Notes: a model not told the origin generated them from the letters alone. A DNA stretch of 53,177 bases, filler included, from Catajapyx aquilonaris (GCA_000934665.2; 3 parts of 3 records of this genome joined end to end with filler, not necessarily neighbours in it), one strand, 5' to 3'. Shown: positions 12,101 through 22,445, counted from the first letter of the whole stretch. Numbers and translations: made by a program.

Positions 12101-13799
12101 ACTGCAGGTGACCTGCAATGACACACGTACAACATTAAATGGTTAACAAAATACATACAATATTTGAGTGTGTTTCTAAGGCTTTACAGACTTATATTTG
12201 ACAAGATTTTGGGCAACTGAGTGCATCTGTAGTCGTTTTGTCTTATGGAATGGGAGTGTATGGTCACTCTGTATAAGTTACATGTATTCCATTGTTCTTG
12301 AGGCATTCTCAAATTACGGTGTCTTTTTAATGCAATGGCAGCACCTTGTATCATATGAAAACCTTCACATGTGTAATGGGGAGAAACGTAGGTTAACCTG
12401 ATGATTAGTTATGGCCTCACTCCCTTGAACATAACTTTTTGGGTTCTTGATTTTTACTAGCAGTTATTAATTAACCCTGGAACCATGACATGGGGTCTTT
12501 TAGGACCCAAAAGGAATTAAAATGCATTAAAATGATAATTACAATGAACTTTTGCCATTTAAAAAAGTATATAACAGGAAGTGCATGTTTATTTTGAATT
12601 AGCGATCATTTTATGCATTGTTCAAAGAATGATTGCATACAGTCAATACATTGAAAAGTATTATATAAAAATCAATAAAAATTAATATATGGATGGGGTC
12701 CTAAAGGACCCCACGGCACGGTTGCCGTAACTTTCAGGCATGTCACGGTTCCAGGGTTAATGGCATCCACTCACCTTTAGGTCCATAGATCTTGTGCCCA
12801 CTAATGGACATAAGGTCAATATTCATCTTGTTGACATCAACTTCAATTTTACCAACAGCCTGTGCTGCATCAGTATGGAAGAAGACCTTTCTCTGCTTGC
12901 AGATCCGTCCTATTTCCTCTATTGGTTGGTGCACACCAATTTCATTGTTGACTGCCATCACAGTCACCAAGGCTGTGTCTGGTTGAATGGCAGCCTCCAA
13001 GGTAGCAAGATCCAACAACCCATTGGGCTGCACAGGTAGATAAGTGACCTGATATCCTTCACCTTCAAGGGCCCTGCAGGAATCCAAAACACACTTGTGT
13101 TCTGTCTGGGTAGTAATCACATGCTTTTTGCTTCCCTTGTAGAAGCGGGGCACTCCCTTTACAGCAATGTTGTTGGATTCTGTGGCTCCGGAGGTGAAGA
13201 TGACTTCTTTGGGATCAGCCCCTATCAGTGAGGCTACTTGCTGGCGGGCAATTTCAACAGCTCGCTCACTCTCCCACCCATATGCATGAGTACGTGAGTG
13301 GGGATTGCCATAATAGTTGGTGAGAAAGGGGAGCATCTGGTCCAACACACGTGGGTCCTGAAGAAGAGCAAGAGGTAAATGAGAAAAAACAATATTCACA
13401 CCCACAACCACAAGAAGGCCAAGGAACACAGAGACAAAAGATACTTGTATAAGTATCCAATTGTTTACAAAAACATTCTGTGGCATATAAATGTTGATGA
13501 CGCCAGATTATGAAAAATTATGAATTATTATGTAAGGTCTACAGAAAAATGCTTGAAGTGACAGTGCTGGACACAAGAATAAGCCAAATTACCAGTGGAG
13601 TGGTAGCCTGCGCATCAAGATACAGCGGCCTTCCTGCCTTTCCGCCAACCATCACAGTGTCACCCAAGAAGGTCGGTCCCTGTCGTTCCTGTGCAGACTC
13701 ACGAACCTCTGTGGCCAAAGTGCGGCATTGGGCAGTAGCCACAATCCTGCTGGCCGCCTGACCCATCAGATTCCTCGGAATTTTCCATACCCCAGCCAT
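9135..13799 (-). CDS. NFS1: Mitochondrial cysteine desulfurase (NFS1/IscS), 4 exons: complement(join(9135..9198,10530..11049,12775..13357,13593..13799)), 457 aa
   Basis: [37 protein letters not shown] lysine in [14 protein letters not shown], catalytic Cys in SSGSACTS, C-terminus [21 protein letters not shown]. The last exon is absent from the ORF track and was found by hand. All introns are GT-AG and in frame (1374 nt). Arg/Ala-rich mitochondrial-targeting-like N-terminus; AATAAA on - at ~9060-9065. Confidence 0.97.
9659..10250. mobile_element. pogo/Tigger-like MITE in NFS1 intron 3
   Basis: TA|CAGTGAAACTTCTATATGTCGAA ... TTCGACTTACAGAAGTTTTACTG|TA, with internal repeats of CTAAGTCGAA/CTATAACTCGAA. 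Confidence 0.8.
10256..10459. mobile_element. Small MITE in NFS1 intron 3
   Basis: TIRs AGCTGGCCAAACATGCAGGTGAACTGACATGTC / GACATGTCAGTTTACCTGCATTTTGGGCCAGCT; TSD not clean. Confidence 0.65.
11279..12271. mobile_element. Two adjacent Tc1/mariner-like MITE remnants (~11279-11905 and ~11910-12271) in NFS1 intron 2
   Basis: CAGGGTG-type termini: CAGGGTGGTTGC..GGAATCACCCTG|TA, and TAGGGTGATCATAAAGTCCCACTCCAT..ATGGAATGGGAGTGTATGGTCACTCTG|TA. Confidence 0.5.
12475..12756. mobile_element. piggyBac-like MITE in NFS1 intron 2
   Basis: TTAA|CCCTGGAACCATGACA ... TGTCACGGTTCCAGGG|TTAA; internal GGGGTC..GACCC motifs near both ends. Confidence 0.85.
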
Positions 13800-14225
13800 G
13801 ATTAATGCTTCGGACAATGAGCACTATGGAATTTGGGATGAAACAAAACCACTTCACAGCAAGCAGCAGCAAGGAAGAAAGTGCGTTCGAAATGACGACG
13901 ATACCAATACTGAACTATCACGATAATATCGAGGTATCTACTATGATCTCCCCCTCGTGATCTCCCCAATGACGGAAGAAAATAGACCGCTCAACTGGCG
14001 GAGGCTAGATTTAATCGTTGGATAAATCCGGCGGCCATGACACTAGAGGGAAAGAATTGCGGGAAATTTCGTAAATAAGTTTAAAATATAAGGCTTTGCT
14101 GGGACAGAAAGTTCATAGGGAGAATATATTCAACAAATATTTAACGACCTGTTTTATATTTCGCATTCAGCATGTCAAAATAGGTTCTAAATCCAACTTC
14201 CGATAGAGGCCACTTCGGTTTCCCG

Positions 14226-14341
14226 GGTTCACTCCGGTTGACTCCGGTTCACTCGATTCCGCTCGGTTCACTCCACGGTTCACTCCACGGTCTTAGAAGG
14301 AGGTTCACTCCATGGGTTCACTCTATCCAGCCGATTCACTC
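14226..14341 (+). promoter_or_regulatory. Cluster of eight GGTTCACTC-like direct repeats in the divergent NFS1 / F-box intergenic region
   Basis: Copies start at 14226, 14236 (GGTTGACTC), 14246, 14265, 14277, 14302, 14315 and 14333 (GATTCACTC). The repeat is seen directly; a regulatory role is inferred only from position. Confidence 0.45.
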
Positions 14342-15234
14342 TATCCTTGTACAGGCGGGTAACTGTATGATGTAGATGTTGAAATTAGTTTCCTGAAATA
14401 ACTACCACAATAACTATCAAAAACCTTAAATTCTGGCAACCACGCTTTTGGAACGTGATTTGATTTACTCGTGCCTTGACAGTAGAGGGAAAAACAAATC
14501 TGTTTTCGGCTTCAGGATGATTGCTCTGGCCTTGCTCTGGCGGCATTTGGTTAAGTGGTATATTTTCTCAATGTCATTGGGCACAACCGTAAATGTCGGC
14601 CTGCTATTATTTAAAAATATATATTACGTACCGGTATATAACCCGAACGATGTATTCGTCTCTTCCAGCCGCTTTCAGCTGTCTGGATAAATCTGCAGCA
14701 GGTGATCAGGGTGCGACAGGGTGGCACGCAGCACTACTGCCACCTGTTGGTAGTCATTTCACCTCCCACCTGTCTTCTCTCACATTTGGCAACCAGGCAG
14801 TAAAAATCGTAGGCCTGCGGCTGCAGGCAAGGAGAAATCTCCCTCGGCGCAGGTTTATGTCTAGGTTAGGTTGTCTGTCAACATCCGTAAACCTGTGGTT
14901 GCATTGCGTGACGCACCACGTCGGTGTTTGCGTCATGTGAGTCAGGGCCCAAGTACGGTTTTAGGTAACAGACCAACAGGAAGTAATACGTGTCTGTGGA
15001 AGTGGAGGCTGATACATAAAAAGGTGAGCAGTCATATTTTTGGTGTAAGTATCCTGAAATATAAGTGCAGCTCATACAGCCGGTGGACTCTGAACAATAT
15101 AATAGAAAAAGTTTTTTTTTTTTTGGCTTCAATGTTATGCTACATTGTTAGTAATGTGTGAGTGTTATAGCATGCAGTGTCTTGACTCTTGTTGCCCATT
15201 GACATAGATATGCACTGAATCTTGAAACATGTTG

Positions 15235-15238
<4 letters not shown>

Positions 15239-15269
<31 letters not shown>

Positions 15270-15565
15270 TAACAATAATAATAATTGGGGTTAGTGCACC
15301 GCCCATTGATGGGCATCTGGCACGGTACCGCGAGTGATAGGGGATGACAGGAGGGGATGTGCAAAGTGCAAGTGCAATGTCTCAATAGTGGTACATTTTG
15401 TGAACTCCCCGGGTGGCTTAGTCTTTCGGAAATGCCACCCGAGACGAAGCCAGAGACGACCCAACTCTGCACGAGATGAAGGGGGTGTCCCCGGGCTGGG
15501 ATCGAACCCGCGACCTTAACATCCGTGGGCGCATACGTTACCGCAGCACCACTCCACCTCCCCTC
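15239..15565 (-). mobile_element. tRNA-derived SINE, family C
   Basis: TSD AACATGTTGTATA at 15226-15238 / 15566-15578, (TTA)n tail, B box GGTTCGATCCC on -. Confidence 0.88.
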
Positions 15566-15702
15566 AACATGTTGTATATTATAAGAGCATTGATGACCAC
15601 AAAATAATTACATAAAAAAGATTGGATCCTTTGTATATAATTTGCAGCATTGAGAGCGCTTGTGTATGCATATTACAGGTCACACACGGCTGTTGGTGAA
15701 GG

Positions 15703-16391
15703 ATGGGAGGTCAGTACTCAAGATGGTGTGATTGTGGAATTAGCCATGGACGATGCCCACATTTCCGGAGAGTCAGAAACAATGGCCGACCAGCACCACT
15801 ATCTTTTTGTGACCTGCCACGGGAGATGCAGCTTGAAGTTTTCTCTTATTTACCTATCCCAGACCTAATGGGAAGAGCTGCACTTGTGTGTCAATACTGG
15901 TACCAGCTTGCACAAGATCCAATCCTGAGAAAGGAAGTCAGCATTGGGTTGGTATTACAGCAAAATGCTTGTTGGGTACAATCCACCTGAATTATGGGAA
16001 CTGGCACTGCAGTCATGGAGGAAGGGGATGTAGGGTGAATGTGACTGGAGAAATGGGTGTACTATTTCAAAACACATCATACCAGATAGAATTCCCATGC
16101 ATGTGGAATGAACTAGTGCCATTCATCATGAGCATCACTACCAACTTATCTCATGATAATATCATACAGTGTGTGTAAGAGGTTTATGTTTCAAATTTGT
16201 TTTGTAGGATAACTGGCTCAACTAGGAGTGTGCTACACCTTGTACAAGGTTCACTCCTATTGCGCTCCTTGTCCATCCGCAACCGACCAGATGCTGCTAA
16301 AATTCTGACCACTGCTGGAGAATACTGCCCACAGCTTCGCATTCTTCAAGTATGCTGGAATTCATGCCTGGACAAAACTGCTCTTGCAACA
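15703..16391 (+). CDS. F-box/leucine-rich-repeat protein (FBXL-like), 5' part only: join(15703..15947,16208..16391), continuation not seen
   Basis: F-box motif SFCDLPREMQLEVFSYLPIPDLMGRAALVCQYWYQLAQDPILRKEV; a GT-AG intron at 15948-16207 joins in frame to LRR-like LLLRSLSIRN / CPQLRILQVCWN; donor GTATGT at 16392; upstream acceptor TATTACAG at ~15678. Confidence 0.8.
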
Positions 16392-16416
16392 GTATGTATG
16401 GCTCATGCATATAAAT

Positions 16417-17634
16417 ACAGGGTCATCGAAAAATAATGCACATATTTTAAAACTATAACTTGAAGACTTGTAGACATATCTTACAAGGGAACCTCTCGAA
16501 GTGTCCCTCGAAGTTCAAGGTCAAATATTTTTTTCCCGGTTCCTTATCAGCTAGAAGGAAAACACCCTTCCTGAGAAATCCTCGATCTCAAGCGTTTTTG
16601 AGTTACAGAGGTCAAAAGGTCAAGAATGGACCACTTTATGAAGGCCCTCAGGAAGCTATCATTACCGCTATCGGCGAGATTTTTGGGATCTAGAGGTTTC
16701 TTGAGACGGGGAATACAGTGGCAAAACCGAAAATCATGAATTATGCAAATGAAGGGTACTTCTCAGGTAAGGGGGTGGGGGGACAAACTTACTATAAACT
16801 AAGTATTTTCTACTCCTTACGTCTTTAGACGGTGACTGGACACCCAAGTTGGTGAATTCCATTAACTATATCATGTAAACATGAATTATGTAGAATTTCT
16901 GAGGCACTCCTCCTGATGAAATTCACCAACTTGGGTGTCCAGTCATTGTCTAAAGATGGTCTAGCTGATAAGGAACCCGGAAAAAAATATTTGACCTTGA
17001 ACGTTGAGTGACACTTCGAGAGGTTCCCTTGTTAGTCGTTTAAGTTTTCAAATGCTAAGAAAGGTCTAAAGTTTTGGTGTCACTTTCGTTTGTTTCAATA
17101 TGAGCTTTATTTGTTGCTTGGCAGATTTTAAAAGGCGGTATTCGGTCTCGTGTCAAACCTGCTTAATCATATCTGGAGATACCATTGCAATCCTATCCTG
17201 TAGGTACTGGACATGATTGGTTTGCACACCACACACATTGTTCTTGATGATGCACATAAAATGTCACTGCATTCAAGAAACAAACCTGCTGTAGGAAAGT
17301 TTCATTTATTCAGTGTCCCAGTGCAAAGTCTTGAATAAGAAGTTTCTCAATGCCAACAGGAGCCCAGATCTTACCCCGATTGACTTTTTGTGGCAACACA
17401 TGCATCACGAAAAGGTTCGGCATCTATGGGAAAAGATTGCAAAGGTAAGGCCAGACATGTCTGAGCGGGTTAGGCACGACATCGATTACCGTATTTATAT
17501 TTTTCGAGTGACAAATGGAGCTCATATCGAAACTAACTATACAGGGTGTTTACGACCTAACTTTACAAACTTCTAGGGGTGATAGAGGGGACCAAGACAA
17601 ACATTTTTGACATAGGAACCCGTGTCCGGAAACG
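16417..17634. mobile_element. Tc1/mariner-derived decayed complex: nested inverted repeats and two oppositely oriented transposase C-terminal fragments; another element starts at ~17540 and is cut by the gap
   Basis: TA|CAGGGT termini at 16417 and ~17540; inverted repeats 16486-16555 / 16960-17030 and 16822-16858 / 16920-16957; + strand RSPDLTPIDFLW..NGAHIE (17313-17576), and a similar SPDMIKQV..ATNKAHIET on - (~17090-17250). Confidence 0.7.
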
Positions 17635-17734
17635 NNNNNNNNNNNNNNNNNNNNNNNNNNNNNNNNNNNNNNNNNNNNTTAATTAATTAANNNNNNNNNN
17701 NNNNNNNNNNNNNNNNNNNNNNNNNNNNNNNNNN
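17635..17734. other. Artificial assembly spacer (44 N + TTAATTAATTAA + 44 N)
   Basis: Exactly 100 bp; the 12-mer puts stops in all six frames; identical to the spacer at 35357-35456. Confidence 0.97.
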
Positions 17735-18295
17735 GAACCGCGGATCCGATGACTCGAGTTTGGAAGTAGGCTGGAACTGTGACAGGAGTAGTCCTCGATT
17801 CATCAAGACCGTATCTCCCATGTGGAAAAGACCTAACGAAACTTAATTCCTCCAGGTTCTTGTCCAGGCTAGTACGTAGTGCCGGAGCGGCGGTTCGACG
17901 AAGACTGTACTCTTTCTTCAATGACTCAGCTTGAGGCTCAACAAAATCGACGGCATGAACGACATAACAATAATATACCTCTTCTACGCAATGTCGAGGT
18001 CTGAGGATGCCATAATCACATCCAAAATCAACGTCTGCTGCAACATGAGGTTACAGGATAAGGACGAGGAACAGACCCCTGTCGCGGCTAACATTCATCT
18101 TTACATGAGTTCAATTCGGGGAACAAAATCATATTGGTCACGATACAGTGGGGATATTCTTGCCATGATCCTTAGACTAGGTGTCCCCACTTTCTTTTTA
18201 ACCGTTTCATTTGACGACCTGGGCTCTATGGACGTTCTGGGTGCCATGTGGAAGGCCAGTCACGGAAACGACCCCATGCCTGCGAATATGTCTTA

Positions 18296-18534
18296 AGGCC
18301 GCTTCACAAACTCGGCGTTGCGAAAGCGGGGCGAAATGCCCGTTTTACAAACCCGGATTTGCGCGAGCGGGGCGTACGGAGAGCGGAAAATTTGCGAAGG
18401 GCTATTCACAAATGCTGCGTGCGATGACCGAGCGCGGGCGTTGCGCTGGCGTCCAATCGGGTGGACTTTCTGCGTGCGATGAGCGTAAGGCCCACACGCC
18501 ACGCTTTCGCAACGCCGAGTTTGTGAAGCGGCCT
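18296..18534. mobile_element. PIF/Harbinger (Tourist)-like MITE inserted in the Helitron Rep domain
   Basis: TIRs AGGCCGCTTCACAAACTCGGCGTTGCGAAAGCG / CGCTTTCGCAACGCCGAGTTTGTGAAGCGGCCT, TSD TTA. Excision restores ..ANMS-YAERRDLLNSNPVAAARHF.. Confidence 0.92.
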
Positions 18535-20050
18535 TTATGCCGAGAGACGGGACCTGCTCAACTCGAATCCTGTTGCCGCGGCTCGACACTTCAACCTTCG
18601 AGCTCAGAAATTAATCAAGCTACTCGAACACGACTCCACTATTTTTGGCCATCCCATGGAAGACTACACGTTCCGAGTGGAGTTTCAAGACCGCGGTAGT
18701 CCTCATTTACATTCCTTAATCTGGATCAAGGATGCTCCCGATTTTTGCACTGAGGAAGGGAGGGAATTTCTGGGTAAAAAACATATCCTGTTCTTTGCAC
18801 GGTGACATGAAGGACATTGTCACTCGGCAAGTTCCTATTTATTACTATTACGGATTTGTGCTAATTAATTATATTTAACAATATAATTATTCATTCTAAT
18901 TTTGCTTTAATCTATTATCCGCAGGTATCAGAGCCACAAACACACTGCGACGTGCTTCAAGAAGAAAAATTTGTGCAGATTCGGGTTTCCTCGGCCCTTG
19001 ACCGAAGTTACTGTTGTTCTTCAAGAGGTGGAAGAGATCCAAAAGAATCGTGGCAGGGCAGTCATCATGCGTAGAAAAACTGCTGAAGAAAACATCAATA
19101 ATTACCATCCCACACTCCTTAATCTTATTCGATGTAATATGGACATTCAGGCAGTAGTAGGTAAGCCGCGGTGTGCTTTCCAATATCTATCCATGCAATA
19201 ATGTTGTTCTTCTATTATACAATGTAGGAGCCGCGGGTGTTGCCTTCTACATCGCCAAGTACATCGGTAAGAGACCAGAGACTCTGCGACGAGACATTAA
19301 GGACATCGTCCTATCTCTCAAGGACGCAAGAGATGTGAATGTGCGCACGAAAATGTTAAAGATCTCACGAATTCTTCTCAACAAGCGAGTCGTTGGGGCA
19401 CCGGAAGCTGCCTTCAGAGTGTGCTTCTTGCCCATGAGGTTCTCCAGCCGCGGCTTTGTGTTCATCCCTGCCTACCTTCCTCATGAAAGGATCAGAATGT
19501 TTAAAAAGTCTTCATACGTTGAGAAGAACGAAGTCCGGTACGCCCCTAATCTGATTGAAAACTACATGGCTCGCTCCAACAATCTTGAGGATATGTGTTT
19601 GTTTGAGTTTGCTTCTCGGTATCGTGAGGCGTCAGGTTTCGTGCCTCTTGACGACGACTTGGATGAAGGGAATGAGGAAGACCTCGTTATTACTCACCGT
19701 AGGCTGCCGCGAAATCACATCCTATTACTCAATATGAGGTTGTTTCAAGAGAGGCATAAGTTTTCTATCGTTAAAGTCCCATCATTTCAACGTGCGACTG
19801 ACACCGCCAACTTCCTGTACTCCCTACTGGTTTTGTATGTCCCCTATCGAGTTGAGAACTTTTTAGTTGCGGGTATGAGTGTGGAGGATGTGTTTGAAGC
19901 CCACAAACATAGACTTAAGACGACTGCGGACTTTCCTCTCATCCGTGATGATATGGAAACTGCTATTGAAGCTGCCTTACTCAGACTTTCACTATTGGAA
20001 GAGGAACCCATGCCGGTCTTTTCTCAAGAAGTTCAAGGTGATGTGTCATT

Positions 20051-20555
20051 AGGGTCATTCCCACGTGCCACAGGGATCATGATCCTTACACCCGAAAATC
20101 GCGATTGGGGTGTTCCCACATGCCCTTCCTCCACCCGAACGCGATTACGAAGGTGACTGTGGCAACCAGCTTGAGGAAGTTGGCTGCCAGCTTTCGAGTC
20201 GCGATCCTGACGTCACTCCCCCCTCCGGACCGGGCAACATGGCGGCTCCCTGCTTGGCCCTGTCTGCCCACGTGTCTGCCCCCTCGCTCTGCGGGCAGCC
20301 AGGACGTGTGTAATAACGTAGATAGCATGCCTCCATGCTATTACAGCCAGGCCTATCGTAGAGTCACCCGTGCCTTTGTCCGGGAGCCGAAGCGAGAGTC
20401 ATTTTTTCGCCAGGCGGGTGGGCGTGGTTACAGACCACTCCACCGAAAATCACGAAAAGTACGTGGCCCGTGGAAACAGTCACCAAACGATCCTGATTGT
20501 GCGCCTCAGAAACGTGGTTCAAGATCGAGATTTTGTGGCACGTGGGAATGACCCT
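20051..20555. mobile_element. MITE with 3-bp TSD (ATT) between the Rep and helicase domains
   Basis: TIRs AGGGTCATTCCCACGTGCCACA / TGTGGCACGTGGGAATGACCCT, ATT on both flanks. Excision fuses ORF 19173 in frame with ORF 20497 (..QGDVS-FLADSCNE..). Confidence 0.9.
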
Positions 20556-22445
20556 ATTTCTGGCAGATTCGTGTAATGAAAGCAACGTGGTGCAGCACTA
20601 TGGGGGACAAAGCCGGAACGAGCTACTTAGTCCAAAATCCTCCGCAGACGAAATGAAGAAGATGAACTCGGATCAGAGGGGCGTCTTTGAATTAGTTCGA
20701 CAACATATTGTCATCAACATCGCCGCGGATGAACCATCACAGTTGCAGCTGTTTCTATCAGGGGAAGGCGGAACTGGAAAGTCCTTTGTCATCAACTTGC
20801 TGAGAAACTTGATCTGCAAGCTGTACAATTCCGAGGACACAGTCATTCTCGCCGCTCCAACTGGTGTCGCCGCCCTGAACATCAACGGGCAGACGCTACA
20901 TCGTACTTTCTACTTGGCAGTCGAATCAAACTCTGTTCCAAACTACAAAAAACTTGGGGCCCTGAAGCTGGAGCTGATGCGTCAAACATTCTTCGGTGTC
21001 CGATTCATCATCATCGACGAGATATCCATGGTCTCATATGAAATACTTCGACAGATTAATATGCGGCTTCAGGTATGGAATTACCCCATAATAATATTAC
21101 GAAAGCTTAAAGCTATTAAGGTGTTATCCGCGTCATTTAATCGTTTCTTTTTTTTCCCCAGGAGTGTATGGGGAACACCTCTCCATTCGGAGGAATAAAC
21201 GTAGTTGTTGTTGGGGACCTGCTGCAGTTGGAACCTGTAAATGGGCATTATGTGTTTGACCTGCCTCCAGTCTATGCCGCGGAAGAACATCTCTGGAGGA
21301 ACTTCGTATTTCGAGAACTCAAAATCAACATGAGACAAGGAACTGACCCACTCGTCCATCTCTGCCAACATTTACGGGAATGAAAACTAACGGCGGCAGA
21401 CTTTGAATCTCTTTCTTCTAGATCCTACACCCACCATATGGAAACTGAATTTCAGACTGCCATAAGGATATTTCCTACAAAGAAACTGGTCCAGAGTTAC
21501 AACGCCTCAAAGACGGAAGAATTGCGAGCAGATAGGAGCTTGAAAGTTTATACCATCAATGCCGTGGATACCTTCTACTCAGGAACGAATACTGGAAAGG
21601 AAGCATCCGCGGATTTCAGTTCCTCCGATTGCAACAAGTGTGGTGGCTTCCTGTCGTCAGTGGAACTAGCAGTAGGCTCCAGAGTTATGGTCATAAGGAA
21701 CAGTATGTCTAATCGTTTCTTGGTTAACGGGTCCATGGGAACAGTCTTCGCTTTCAAATGGAGAGGTCTTCATCTTGATCAGCTGAAATCGGGGGACATG
21801 CCAGAAAGCATTTCGATTGTATTCGATGATGTCAAACTTAGTCCAGGTGGAGTCCCTTACGACCTTAGACCTCAGGAAGTCGTCTACGACGGAAAGAAAG
21901 GCGTACAGATCTCAAGGAGGATGCTACCAATTGTGCTTTCTTTCGCGGTCACTGTGCACAATGTGCAAGGCATCACCGTACATAAGGCTGTTGTTTACCT
22001 GGGGAAGGATTTGTTTGCTAAAGGACAAGCATATGTAGCCCTCAGCCGCGTGACCAGCCTCCAAGGAGTAGCCATCCTAGGTCTTGACATGAACAAGTTG
22101 AGGACAAGGTCAGTAGGGGAGAAAGTTGTGGGTCCCGCCAATCAAAAGGCGCTGCAAGAGATGAATCGACTCTGGCTGTTGTAGGATCACTACATTTTGA
22201 GATTATAACCGCGGTATGTAGTACTTAGGATGATTTGTGTATAAAATTATGAATAAAAATACTGGGGGTGGCGTTGAAGTCCCATTGTCCCCATAGTAAA
22301 CGTCTTGCTCTTTCCTGAAGTACAGTACTTGGTACACACAGATATCGTGCCTTGTCGAAGGGGCCAATAACACACGACGTCGTGTTATTTTAAAAACCTG
22401 CCATTTCTTTGCATTACTTTATTCTGATGATGAAAAGAATTAAAT

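Larger units (their letters stand above)
17735..22184 (+). mobile_element. Helentron/Helitron2-type rolling-circle transposon: decayed, intron-containing Rep-PIF1 helicase gene (5' end truncated by the gap)
   Basis: HUH Rep motifs: GVPTFFLTVS, YTFRVEFQDRGSPHLHSLIW (~18665-18724), YIAKYIGK; also QSHKHTATC..CRFGFP and NNYHPTLL..CNMDIQ. PIF1 motifs: LSGEGGTGKS, APTGVAA..GQTLH, IIIDEISMV, FGG..GDLLQLEPV, MRQ, TVHNVQG, GQAYVALSRV. Introns at 18827-18924 (GC-AG), 19161-19227 and 21073-21161. Lesions: MITEs at 18296 and 20051, +1 frameshift in an A-run at ~18776-18781, TGA at 21381-21383. Confidence 0.92.

Noticed and set aside
14738..14750. CTCF-like motif TGCCACCTGTTGG (similar at ~33760 and ~42584)
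   Set aside because: Single short motif matches are expected by chance in 53 kb; no supporting evidence.
17679..17690. TTAATTAATTAA palindrome within N runs (also 35401-35412)
   Set aside because: Artificial six-frame-stop linker between contigs. It is not biological, and adjacency across it is not guaranteed.
21381..21383. In-frame TGA as selenocysteine or programmed readthrough
   Set aside because: The position corresponds to an expected Gly (LREG), the element has other lesions, and no SECIS is evident; a GGA>TGA nonsense mutation is simpler.
20497..22184. Cellular PIF1 helicase gene
   Set aside because: It is in frame with an upstream HUH Rep domain once the MITE is removed, so it belongs to the Helitron transposase.
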